Shown here: one piece after another, positions 37,796 to 46,569 of the stretch
Layout of the letters: each line of letters starts with the position of its first letter
How positions within the stretch are numbered: position 1 is the first letter of the stretch
The notes under the pieces: model-generated
What the model saw: the letters and a program-made list of their open reading frames with translations, nothing else
Told to the model about the DNA's origin: nothing
Database searches by the model: none
Position numbers and translations under genes: made by a program
NCBI GenBank assembly: GCA_025357945.1
Contig: JANYLJ010000074.1
Location: 28,332 to 92,331, forward strand
Direction: 5' to 3'
DNA from: Gemmatimonadota bacterium
GTDB lineage: Bacteria; Gemmatimonadota; Gemmatimonadetes; Gemmatimonadales; GWC2-71-9
Length of the DNA: 64,000 nucleotides

Positions 37796-39708
37796 CCGAC
37801 ACTTCTACGGGAGCACCCGTGTCCCTGCTCGACCGGATCAAGGTCCCAGCCGATGTTCGGCAGCTGTCGCGCGCCCAGTTGCCGCAGTTGGCACAAGAGA
37901 TTCGCGACCGCCTCATCGATTGCGTCTCCGTCACCGGCGGGCATATCGGCGCATCACTCGGTGTCGTCGAACTCGTCATCGCGCTACTCCACGAATTCAA
38001 CGCGCCCGATGACAAGATCCTGTGGGACGTGGGCCATCAGGCCTACGCCTGGAAGTTGCTCACCGGGCGCAACGAACGCTTCCCGTCGTTGCGGACGGCA
38101 GGTGGCATTTCAGGGTTCCTCAAGCGCGACGAAAGCGAGCACGATCACTTCGGCGCCGGGCACGCGGGTACCGCGATGTCTGCCGCGTTCGGCATGGCGA
38201 CGGCACGCGACCTCAAGGGCGAACACAACAAGGTCGTCGCGGTGGTGGGGGACGGTGCGCTGACGTGCGGCCTGTCGTACGAGGGAATGAACAACGCCGG
38301 TCACTCGAATCGCGACATTCTGCTCATCGTCAACGACAACGGCATGAGCATCTCGCCCAACGTCGGCGCCGTCTCGAAGTTGTTCGGCGGCATCGTCGCC
38401 AACCCGCGCACCGATCGCCTTCGGGAACAGGTCAAGCGGGTTACCCTCAAGCTCGGCGACGTGTTCGGCGACGGCGTGGTCGGCTTCGCCCGGAATGTCG
38501 AGGAGTCGGTCAAGAACCTCTTCTCCGAAGGGATGTTCTTCGAGGAACTCGGCTTCCGGTACTTCGGGCCGATCGACGGCCACGACCTCGACAAGCTCTG
38601 CGACACACTGGCGTTCGTCGGTCCGATGAAGGGACCGCGCGTGGTCCACGTCCTCACGAAAAAGGGCAAGGGCTTCTCGTTTGCCGAAGCCAATCGCGAG
38701 AAGTGGCACGGGCTCGCGGCGTACGACCCGATCACCGGCGAAGCGCGCAAGAAGACCAGCGGCCCGCCAACGTGGACGCAAGTGTTCGGCGATACGTTGA
38801 CCGCACTCGCCGCCGAGCATCCCAACCTCGTCGCGATCACGGCGGCGATGCCGAGCGGAACCGGCACCAACATCTTTGCAAGGCAGTACCCTGAGCGCTT
38901 TTTCGACGTCGGGATTGCCGAGGGACACGGCGTCACTTTTGCCGGCGGGCTCGCGACGCAGGGGATCCGCCCGGTCGTGGCGATCTACTCGACGTTCCTG
39001 CAGCGCGCCTACGATAACATCATCCACGACATCGCCGCGCAACGGCTGCCCGTGGTGTTCTGCATGGATCGCGCGGGACTCGTTGGCGAAGACGGCCAGA
39101 CCCACATGGGGCTGTACGACATCGCCTACATGCTCGCCGTGCCTGGGATGACGGTGACAGCGCCGAAGGACGCCGACGAGCTCGTTGGACTGCTGCGCAC
39201 CGCCTTGGCCCACGACGGCCCGTTCTGCATGCGCTATCCGCGCGACAAGGCGCCGACCGACCCGAACCCGATCGCCAGTGTCGCGCCGGTTCCGTATGGC
39301 ACGTGGGAGCTGCTCCGACCCGGCACCGATGTGGCGATTCTCGGGCTTGGCTCGATGGCGCTCCCCGCGCTCGAGGCGGCTGAGCAGCTCGCGGCGGACG
39401 GGATCAATGCCGCGGCCGTGAACGCCCGTTTCCTCAAGCCGCTCGACGAGGCGATGCTGACGGCGTTGGTGCAGACCTGCCGCCTGGTCGTGACGGTCGA
39501 GGAAGGGACGATCGTGAATGGCTTTGGGGCGATGCTCGCGCGGCGGCTGCAGGAGATTCATCCCGAGGTACGGGTCGTCACCATGGGGGTCGCCGACGAA
39601 CTCATGGTGCAGGCGCCCCGCGCCGAGCAGCTCGCCACCCAGGGTCTTACCGCTCAGGGGATCATCGCGCGCGTCCACGCCGCGATGCCCCTCAGCAGCA
39701 TGCGCTGA
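37792..39708 (+). CDS. dxs: 1-deoxy-D-xylulose-5-phosphate synthase
   Basis: GGHIGASLGVVEL, DVGHQAY, GHAGT, the TPP motif GDGALTCG...NDN and DRAGLVGEDGQTH identify it. Confidence 0.95.
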   Translation: MTDTSTGAPVSLLDRIKVPADVRQLSRAQLPQLAQEIRDRLIDCVSVTGGHIGASLGVVELVIALLHEFNAPDDKILWDVGHQAYAWKLLTGRNERFPSLRTAGGISGFLKRDESEHDHFGAGHAGTAMSAAFGMATARDLKGEHNKVVAVVGDGALTCGLSYEGMNNAGHSNRDILLIVNDNGMSISPNVGAVSKLFGGIVANPRTDRLREQVKRVTLKLGDVFGDGVVGFARNVEESVKNLFSEGMFFEELGFRYFGPIDGHDLDKLCDTLAFVGPMKGPRVVHVLTKKGKGFSFAEANREKWHGLAAYDPITGEARKKTSGPPTWTQVFGDTLTALAAEHPNLVAITAAMPSGTGTNIFARQYPERFFDVGIAEGHGVTFAGGLATQGIRPVVAIYSTFLQRAYDNIIHDIAAQRLPVVFCMDRAGLVGEDGQTHMGLYDIAYMLAVPGMTVTAPKDADELVGLLRTALAHDGPFCMRYPRDKAPTDPNPIASVAPVPYGTWELLRPGTDVAILGLGSMALPALEAAEQLAADGINAAAVNARFLKPLDEAMLTALVQTCRLVVTVEEGTIVNGFGAMLARRLQEIHPEVRVVTMGVADELMVQAPRAEQLATQGLTAQGIIARVHAAMPLSSMR

Positions 39709-39716
39709 GGGCGCGG

Positions 39717-40580
39717 GTGCGCATCGGACTGGTCGGCAACCCGCGGTACGCCGGACTCGAGTCGGCGCTCGCCGACACGGTGCGCCTGGCCGCCAAGAAC
39801 AGTTGGGCCCTCTCCGCCGATCCCGATCTTGCCACCCTCGCGCCGGACATGCTGCCTCCGCTCGACCCCAATTTGATCGACCTGTTGGTCACTTTCGGTG
39901 GTGATGGCACACTGCTCCGCGGTGCACGTCTCCTCCGCGGCCGTGATGTCCCGATTCTCGGCGTCAATTTCGGCCGGGTCGGCTTCCTCACCTCGGTCCC
40001 GCGCGACGGTGCGCAGCAGGCGCTCCTCGCCTTCGCGGCAGGCGAGTACCGGTTGTCGCCGCGGAGTGCGTTGACGGCGACGGTGCGCGCGCCGGATGGG
40101 ACGTCGCGCGGCGAGCACCTGGCGCTGAACGACGTCGTGCTCCACAAGGGCGGCGTGGCGCGCGTGGTGCGATTCCAGGTACTGATCGATGGCGAGCCGA
40201 TGGGGCCAGTGTCGGCCGACGGTCTCGTGATTGCCTCGCCGACGGGTTCCACCGCGTACTCCCTGAGTGCCGGTGGTCCGGTGGTCGTTCCCACCCTGGA
40301 CGCGATCATTGTCACGCCGATCTGTGCGCACTCGCTCGGCGTGCGTGCGCTGGTGGTGCGCGCCGACGCCGAGATTCACGTTGAGCCGGTGGATCCTCGC
40401 CCGAATGAACTGCTGGTGTCGTTCGACGGCCAGCAGACCGCAACGTTCGGACCACATGATGTGCTCGAAGTTCGGAAGGCGACCGAACGCGTTGTGCTGG
40501 TGCGTTTTGGCGAACCTGGTTTCTTCCGCACGCTGCGCGACAAGCTCCAGTGGGGCGACCTCGCCGATCGGGGACAATGA
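39717..40580 (+). CDS. nadK: NAD+ kinase
   Basis: FGGDGTLLRGARL, GVNFGRVGFL and SPTGSTAYSLSAGGP identify it. Confidence 0.92.
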   Translation: MRIGLVGNPRYAGLESALADTVRLAAKNSWALSADPDLATLAPDMLPPLDPNLIDLLVTFGGDGTLLRGARLLRGRDVPILGVNFGRVGFLTSVPRDGAQQALLAFAAGEYRLSPRSALTATVRAPDGTSRGEHLALNDVVLHKGGVARVVRFQVLIDGEPMGPVSADGLVIASPTGSTAYSLSAGGPVVVPTLDAIIVTPICAHSLGVRALVVRADAEIHVEPVDPRPNELLVSFDGQQTATFGPHDVLEVRKATERVVLVRFGEPGFFRTLRDKLQWGDLADRGQ

Positions 40581-42241
40581 CCCTCGTCACGCTGCGGGTT
40601 CGGGACCTGGCCACGATCGCCGATGTGACACTCGAACTCGGCCCCGGCTTGAACGTCCTCACCGGCGAAACCGGTGCGGGGAAATCGATGCTGGTCGACG
40701 CGCTCGCACTGCTCCTGGGTGACCGCGCTGATCGCGCCGCCATCCGGCCCGGTGCGGCCAAGGCGGTGGTCGAGGGCGTCATCGAAGCAATGCCGGATGC
40801 CACCCGCACGCGCCTCGATGAATCCGGCATCGATGTCGAGGAAGCGTTGATCATTCGCCGCGAAGTGACCGCCGAAGGTCGCTCTCGCGCCTGGATCAAC
40901 GGCTCGCCGGCCACGATCGGTGTCCTCGCATCGATCGGCGAAACGCTGGTGGACCTGCATGGACAGCACCAGACGATTCAGCTGCTCGACGTCGCGATGC
41001 AGCGGCGCCTCCTCGATAGTTTTGGTCACGCTGAAGCGGCGGCGCGAGCGGTGGTGACGGCCGACAACGAACTGGTGACGCTCCGGCGGCAGCAGCAGGA
41101 ACTGACGGGCCGTCGCGACGCCGCGCAGCGCCGCGCCGATTGGTTGCGGCACGTGGTCAAGGAGATCGACGCTGCCAGGATCCGCCTCGGCGAAGAGGAG
41201 GATCTCGACCGCGAGGCCACGCGACTCGGCCACGCGGGTACGCTCTCCGAACAGACCGGTCGCCTCCTCGAAGCGGTCGACGACGACGAGAGCGGCGCCC
41301 GTTCGGCGCTCGGCCGCGCCGAACGGGCACTCAATCCGCTCGAACGGCTCGATCCAGACACCGCGGCGTGGCGCGAGCTGCTCGATGCGGCCTACGCCCT
41401 ACTCGACGAGCTGTCGCGCCGGGCAAGCGAATACCTGGCCGCGTTGGCGGAAGATCCCGGCCGGCTGGCCGACCTGGAGCGCCGGCGTGACCTGCTTCAT
41501 GAGCTGCGACGGAAGCACGGTGCGACGCTCGCCGACGTCCTCACCGTGCGCCACGGCGCCCAGGCGGAGCTCGACCTGCTCGACACCGCTGATCTCGACC
41601 TTCGCGGCATGGCCGCGCGGATCGGCGGGGCGGAGCAGGGGCTGGTGGCGGTGGCGGGCGAGCTCACCGTGCGACGGAACGCCGCAGCCGCTCGACTATC
41701 GCGCGAAGTGACGCGACTCCTGCCGCGGCTCGGACTCGCCGGGGGCGAATTCAGCGTGGCGCTGTCCGCGCTGCCGCAACCCGGCCCTGAAGGCGCCGAG
41801 CAGATCACGTTCATGGTACGACTCAACCGCGGCATGGAGGCGAGAGCGTTGGCGCGTGTTGCTTCCGGCGGTGAACTCTCGCGGCTGATGCTCGCCCTCA
41901 AGGTGGTGCTCGCCGGTCAGGATAACGTCCCGACGCTCGTGTTCGATGAGGTGGATCAGGGGATCGGTGGCGAGGTTGGTGTGCGCGTCGGCGAATCGCT
42001 CGCCCGCGTCGCGGCGCGTCATCAGGTGCTGGTGATCACCCATCTGCCGCAAATCGCCGCGCGCGCCGATCGGCACCTGCGCATCGCGAAAGCAACGCGC
42101 GGCGGGATTGCCACCAGCGACGTGTCGGTGTTGCACGGTGAGGACCGCGTGCTGGAACTGGCGCGAATGCTGGGAGATCCCGACGGCGACGCCGCGCGGC
42201 GCATGGCGCAGGCGCTGCTCGGCGCCGACGTCAGTGCGTGA
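40577..42241 (+). CDS. recN: DNA repair protein RecN
   Basis: It has a Walker A motif (LTGETGAGKSMLVDAL), a long coiled coil, an SMC signature (SGGELSRLMLALK) and a Walker B motif (LVFDEVD). The ATG at 40577 overlaps the nadK stop (ATGA). Confidence 0.93.
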   Translation: MTLVTLRVRDLATIADVTLELGPGLNVLTGETGAGKSMLVDALALLLGDRADRAAIRPGAAKAVVEGVIEAMPDATRTRLDESGIDVEEALIIRREVTAEGRSRAWINGSPATIGVLASIGETLVDLHGQHQTIQLLDVAMQRRLLDSFGHAEAAARAVVTADNELVTLRRQQQELTGRRDAAQRRADWLRHVVKEIDAARIRLGEEEDLDREATRLGHAGTLSEQTGRLLEAVDDDESGARSALGRAERALNPLERLDPDTAAWRELLDAAYALLDELSRRASEYLAALAEDPGRLADLERRRDLLHELRRKHGATLADVLTVRHGAQAELDLLDTADLDLRGMAARIGGAEQGLVAVAGELTVRRNAAAARLSREVTRLLPRLGLAGGEFSVALSALPQPGPEGAEQITFMVRLNRGMEARALARVASGGELSRLMLALKVVLAGQDNVPTLVFDEVDQGIGGEVGVRVGESLARVAARHQVLVITHLPQIAARADRHLRIAKATRGGIATSDVSVLHGEDRVLELARMLGDPDGDAARRMAQALLGADVSA

Positions 42242-43793
42242 AGAGTGGTCGGTAGATCCGGAGCGATACGCGTGACGTAAGCGCGACCGGAAAGATTCCT
42301 GCCGCGCTCGTCACCGTACGCTCGATCGACCACGCTGCTTCAACCGGCAGCGACGCGCTGCCGTCGCGTGAACGGCCATCGTGGAAATAGCTCAATCCGA
42401 TCCCGGCCACCACCGCGTTTGCCGCACTGCCCACGTCGAGCAACGACGGATCGGCGCCGGCGATCGGAACCTGCCCGGTCAGGTAGTCCGTGGTGCTCCC
42501 GCCTCGCCGCCAGTACTGCACCATGCCGGTCAAGGCGAGGTGCGGTGCAAATGCGAAGAACGGGCGGGCGGTCACCGCAATGCTATCACCGCTCTTCGTC
42601 GTCACCGCCGCGAGATACGTCGGTGGCACCAGGAGCTGGTCGGGCGCCGTCGGGCGTGTCAACGAGTTTGCTGGCAAGTGGTGCAGATACGTCGCCTCGA
42701 CGCGAAGTCCGACGCCACCGCTGCCCATTTCAATAATTCCGTCGAGCTGCAGCGCCTTGTGCTTGGCACCGGTGCCCTGGTCGAGCAGAATCGACGGGTT
42801 CGGCGCGGTTGCGTTCGGGAATCGGACGGTGGCCCGGAGCCACACCGACCGCCATGACCCGACGCCCGGTGAGCCGCGCTGCGCCAGCTGGAAGGCGATG
42901 CCCGCCGACATGTCACCGAGCCCGTAGTGCGGCAGGTTGTTCGGCGATGACAACGCGAGTCCGCTCGGTGACTTCAGCAGGGCGTTGAATTGGTCGCCGG
43001 TCAGCGTGCTCGTGGGGAACGCGGGCGCGGACGCAAAGTCCACCGGGGAGCCGAGCGGGCCGGTCAGCGTGCCCTGCAACGCGGCGATCTTCGCGAGCAG
43101 CTGAAGCGAGGACGGATCGCTCGCGATCGGCAACACGGCGCTCGCCCGCGCCGGATCGAGCAGCAGGGCATTCAGTGCGTTGTACATCGTGGTGCCGCTC
43201 GTCACCGTCTGTTGCGCGAGTGCCTGCGTCAGCGCGTCGCTCGAGTAGTAGCCACGCTGCACGCGCGCGCGCAAAGTATCGAGCGCGTTCTGGAAACGGC
43301 TGAAGAAAAGCGTGGTCGCCGTGCGCCCGTCCGGGGTCGCCAGCGCCACATCATTGTTGGCGGGATTGAGCCCGACTCGCGACGACGTGGCATCGAACGC
43401 GGTGGAAATGCGACTGCGCACATACACGATCGGGGCGTAGCCGAAAACCGTGATCCGACGCGTCAGCCCATAGGCGAAGCCGATGTCGCCGACGCCGTGT
43501 TCGCGGGATGCGATGGCGGTGATCCCGCCGAGCGAGAGGCCGGTGACCGGTTGGCCGAGAAGGGCCGCCAGGCTCGTCTGCAGGCCGGTGATGGCTGGAT
43601 TGCTGGTACCGTTGACGAAGGAACCGAGTGGCCGCTTGGTCCCGTCGGTCCAGACCTGATCGTTGGGATAGAAGGCGCCGACAATATCGATCCGGAGCGA
43701 ATGCTGGGGCACGGTGATCAGCCCCAGCTGCGCATTGAGCGGCGCGGTGGCGAGGGTGAGCAGGACGGCCGCTGGGGCAAAACGGCGGATCAT
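42231..43793 (-). CDS. Exported hypothetical protein, possibly an outer-membrane beta-barrel
   Basis: The signal-like N-terminus MIRRFAPAAVLLTLATAPLNAQ starts at the internal ATG 43793. The composition is Gly/Ala/Ser/Thr-rich with alternating hydrophobic stretches, ending ...VSLRIYRPLFTH. I recognise no catalytic motif. The function call is inference only. Confidence 0.55.
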   Translation of the reverse strand: MIRRFAPAAVLLTLATAPLNAQLGLITVPQHSLRIDIVGAFYPNDQVWTDGTKRPLGSFVNGTSNPAITGLQTSLAALLGQPVTGLSLGGITAIASREHGVGDIGFAYGLTRRITVFGYAPIVYVRSRISTAFDATSSRVGLNPANNDVALATPDGRTATTLFFSRFQNALDTLRARVQRGYYSSDALTQALAQQTVTSGTTMYNALNALLLDPARASAVLPIASDPSSLQLLAKIAALQGTLTGPLGSPVDFASAPAFPTSTLTGDQFNALLKSPSGLALSSPNNLPHYGLGDMSAGIAFQLAQRGSPGVGSWRSVWLRATVRFPNATAPNPSILLDQGTGAKHKALQLDGIIEMGSGGVGLRVEATYLHHLPANSLTRPTAPDQLLVPPTYLAAVTTKSGDSIAVTARPFFAFAPHLALTGMVQYWRRGGSTTDYLTGQVPIAGADPSLLDVGSAANAVVAGIGLSYFHDGRSRDGSASLPVEAAWSIERTVTSAAGIFPVALTSRVSLRIYRPLFTH

Positions 43794-43890
43794 ATCAGTC
43801 AAAGCTAGTCGGGCCCTGGGGTGCATCGCCGAGCCTGCCGTCTGCGGCGCATGGCTCATGGCTCGCGGCCGCGATACTTTTCGCACCACC

Positions 43891-43975
43891 GCTCGGGTGA
43901 CGGAACGGCAGACGTAGGGGACTTAAAATCCCTGGGGGCGAAAGCCCCATGCGGGTTCGAGTCCCGCCCCGAGCA
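43891..43975 (+). tRNA. tRNA-Leu (anticodon UAA), type II with long variable arm
   Basis: I folded it by hand. The acceptor stem is GCTCGGG/CCCGAGC and the D-arm is ACG-GAACGGCAGA-CGT. The anticodon stem is GGGGA/TCCCT with loop CTTAAAA (U33, TAA, A37). The variable arm is GGGGGCGAAAGCCCCAT and the T-arm is GCGGG-TTCGAGT-CCCGC. The discriminator is A, and CCA is not encoded. Confidence 0.9.
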
Positions 43976-43981
43976 TCCACG

Positions 43982-44362
43982 CTACCCGTCGAGCGGATTC
44001 TTTCCCGCCAGCGCCCGCGCGACCTGCTCGGGAAACTTCCGGATATCGATCGGCTTGCTGATGTAGCCGTCGAACCCGGCCTCGAGCGCCTTCTCCATGT
44101 CGCCGGCCATCGCGTTGGCCGTGAGCGCGATGACGCGCTGCGCCTGGTATTCCGATGCCCGCAACTCACTCACCAGCGTATAGCCATCCTTGCCGGGCAT
44201 CTGGATATCCATCAGGATCAGGTCCGGCGTCATCTCCGCCAGCGTGGTGAAGAGCTCGTCCCCGCCAAGGAGGCCGGTGATCTCGTGGCCCTTGAGGGTG
44301 AGCAGGGTGCGAAAGAGCTTCATGTTGTCCGGGCTGTCTTCAACGATCAGGATCGACGCCAC
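43982..44362 (-). CDS. Single-domain response regulator (CheY-like receiver)
   Basis: ILIVEDSPDN, LILMDIQMPGKDG, ALTANAM and YISKPID contain the receiver acidic pocket, Thr and Lys. The GTG start at 44362 is preceded by GGAG. It occupies only the 3' end of the tracked ORF 43982..45388. Confidence 0.85.
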   Translation of the reverse strand: MASILIVEDSPDNMKLFRTLLTLKGHEITGLLGGDELFTTLAEMTPDLILMDIQMPGKDGYTLVSELRASEYQAQRVIALTANAMAGDMEKALEAGFDGYISKPIDIRKFPEQVARALAGKNPLDG

Positions 44363-44425
44363 GAGGACTCCGTTCCAACGGTTCGACCCTGCCGCCGCGG
44401 GGGCGACGGCACGCGAGCGGCGCGG

Positions 44426-45781
44426 TTGTTCCGCGCGCCGGAGAAAGATACGATTCCCGCGCCGGATTTCACCCGCCGCACCCGACCCGGAGTCGTTCTG
44501 GCCCGATCCCGTCGTACCACCGTCGCTGGCACCCACCGCGTACCGGGCGACAAGAGCATCACCCACCGCGCGCTGCTGCTCGCGGCGCTGGCCCCGGGGC
44601 GTTCCTCGCTGCGCGGTGCGTTGACCGCCGAGGATGCCCGCTCGACCGCCCGGGTACTGCGGCAACTCGGCGCCGAACTCTCGCCGTTGCGGCCGGGTGC
44701 GACGGTCGAAGTCACCGGCCACCGGCGGTTCACCCAGCCCCGAGCCCGCGTCGACTGCGGCAATTCGGGCACCACGGCCCGCCTGCTCCTCGGCCTGCTC
44801 GCCGCGCACCGTTTCAGCTCCGTGCTCACCGGCGACGCGTCGTTGCGCCGCCGCCCGATGCGGCGCGTGACCGAACCGTTGACCACGATGGGTGCCCGCG
44901 TGGTTCAGGCATCGCACGATGGCTTGCCGCTGACGATTACCGGCGGGCGGCTCCGACCGCTGGAATGGCGGCTCCCGGTCGCCTCCGCGCAGCTCAAGAG
45001 CGCGCTCCTCCTGGCCGGCGTCGTCGGTGGCGTTCCGGTCACGCTCCACGAGCCAGCGGCGAGTCGCGATCACACCGAACGGATGCTGCGGCATTTCGGC
45101 TTCGATGTGGAATCTCGCGTTGGCGGCGTCATCTTCAAGCCGACCGGGAGATTGGCGCCGTTCGAGATCGACATACCTGGCGATCCGTCGTCGGCCATCT
45201 TTCTCCTTGCCTCCGCGGCCCTGGCCGATGCCGGCACGATCATCGTGGCCGGGGTTGGCATCAACCCGTCGCGCATTGGCTACCTCGCCACGCTCGTGCG
45301 GCTGGGTGTTGCCGTCGCCGTCTCGCCCGGCGGCAACACGTTCGGCGAGCCATTTGGCGCGCTCACCGCGACCGCCAGCAGCATGCACGCGATCGATGTG
45401 CCGGCGGATGAAGTCCCTGGCGTGATCGATGAAATCCCGATGCTGGCCTGCCTCGCGGCGCGCGCTCGCGGCACGAGCCGGTTCTTCGGCCTCGCCGAAC
45501 TGCGAGTAAAGGAGAGCGATCGCCTCGCGCTGCTGGCGGCAAACCTGCGCGCCGTTGGCGTCGACGCATCAATCGACGGCGACGACCTGACGGTGACCGG
45601 CACCGCCAAACCGCTGCGCGGTCGCGTGATCACTGGCGGCGACCATCGTATCGCCATGGCCTTCGCAGTGCTTGGCTCCCAGTCCGGCTCGCGTATTGAC
45701 GTGGACAATCCGGCCTGCGCGGCCGTATCTTTTCCGGGTTTCGCTGCCACGCTCGCTGGCCTCTTCACGGCGGGGAACTGA
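44426..45781 (+). CDS. aroA: 3-phosphoshikimate 1-carboxyvinyltransferase (EPSP synthase)
   Basis: VPGDKSITHRALLLAALA, CGNSGTTARLL, LRRRPM and VKESDRL identify it. No ATG or GTG lies within about 60 codons upstream of the PGDKS motif. Candidate starts are TTG 44426 or CTG 44498, the latter preceded by GGAG. The tracked ORF start at 43949 lies inside the tRNA. Confidence 0.88.
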   Translation: MFRAPEKDTIPAPDFTRRTRPGVVLARSRRTTVAGTHRVPGDKSITHRALLLAALAPGRSSLRGALTAEDARSTARVLRQLGAELSPLRPGATVEVTGHRRFTQPRARVDCGNSGTTARLLLGLLAAHRFSSVLTGDASLRRRPMRRVTEPLTTMGARVVQASHDGLPLTITGGRLRPLEWRLPVASAQLKSALLLAGVVGGVPVTLHEPAASRDHTERMLRHFGFDVESRVGGVIFKPTGRLAPFEIDIPGDPSSAIFLLASAALADAGTIIVAGVGINPSRIGYLATLVRLGVAVAVSPGGNTFGEPFGALTATASSMHAIDVPADEVPGVIDEIPMLACLAARARGTSRFFGLAELRVKESDRLALLAANLRAVGVDASIDGDDLTVTGTAKPLRGRVITGGDHRIAMAFAVLGSQSGSRIDVDNPACAAVSFPGFAATLAGLFTAGN

Positions 45782-46479
45782 TGCGCGCCCCGGTGATTGC
45801 GATCGACGGCCCGGCGGCGTCCGGCAAATCCTCCACCGCGGCCGCTGTGGCTCGTGCGCTCGGCTTCGTGCACATCGATTCCGGCTCGCTCTACCGCGCG
45901 CTCACCTGGGTGTCGGTGACGCGACGGGTTGATGATCCCACCGAAATCCTCGCTGGCGCCGGGGCACTGCACGTGGGATTGCGGCTGGAGGGGACGCTGC
46001 TGCAGGTCGAGATCGACGGCGTTGACGACGTCGATTTGGCGATCCGAACCACTGCGGTCACCGCCAACGTCTCGGCCATCGCGGCGATGCCGCCGCTGCG
46101 TGACTGGGTCAACGCCCGGATTCGGGAGGTCATCGAGCGGCTTCCTGGTGCCGTGATCGACGGGCGGGACATTGGCACCGTGGTGGTCCCGGATGCCGAG
46201 CTCAAAGTCTTCCTGACGGCCACGCCGGCCGCCCGGGCGGAACGGCGGTTGGCGCAGCGGGGCGGCCGGGTGGACCCCGCCCAACTGGCGGCCGAAACCG
46301 CCACCCTGGCCGAGCGGGACCGCCAGGACGCGGGCCGGGCAACGGCACCGCTGCAGCAGCCGGCCGACGCCGTGGTGCTCGACACGACGACCCTCGGCTT
46401 CGCGGACCAGGTCGCTCGGATCGTGGCATTCGCCGCTGAACGCGGGTTGCAGCCCCCCAGTGGAGCCGATATCTTGTAA
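45781..46479 (+). CDS. cmk: Cytidylate kinase
   Basis: IAIDGPAASGKSSTA, IDSGSLYRA and DGRDIGTVV identify it. The ATG shares one nt with the aroA stop. Confidence 0.93.
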   Translation: MRAPVIAIDGPAASGKSSTAAAVARALGFVHIDSGSLYRALTWVSVTRRVDDPTEILAGAGALHVGLRLEGTLLQVEIDGVDDVDLAIRTTAVTANVSAIAAMPPLRDWVNARIREVIERLPGAVIDGRDIGTVVVPDAELKVFLTATPAARAERRLAQRGGRVDPAQLAAETATLAERDRQDAGRATAPLQQPADAVVLDTTTLGFADQVARIVAFAAERGLQPPSGADIL

Positions 46480-46569
46480 GGCTGCCCGGACTTTTTTCGG
46501 GCGCGGAGGAACTCTCCTCACCCCGCGGCGTTACGGGCGCGGCGTCTCGCTGTCGCAGGATCCCACCGA

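Noticed and set aside
43949-44425. The N-terminal ~160 codons of the tracked 610-aa ORF that ends as aroA.
   Set aside because: The tracked start lies inside the tRNA-Leu gene, and the stretch runs antisense to the response-regulator gene. Only the part from about 44426 or 44498 onward resembles AroA.
42231-44500. A genomic island integrated at tRNA-Leu.
   Set aside because: I saw no integrase, transposase or phage genes and no direct repeat of the tRNA 3' end. I keep it only as a low-interest context note.
44363-45388. The upstream ~340 codons of the tracked 468-aa minus-strand ORF that ends as the response regulator.
   Set aside because: This part is antisense to aroA and is Arg/Gly/Ala-rich. 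The receiver domain starts at GTG 44362, which has its own GGAG.
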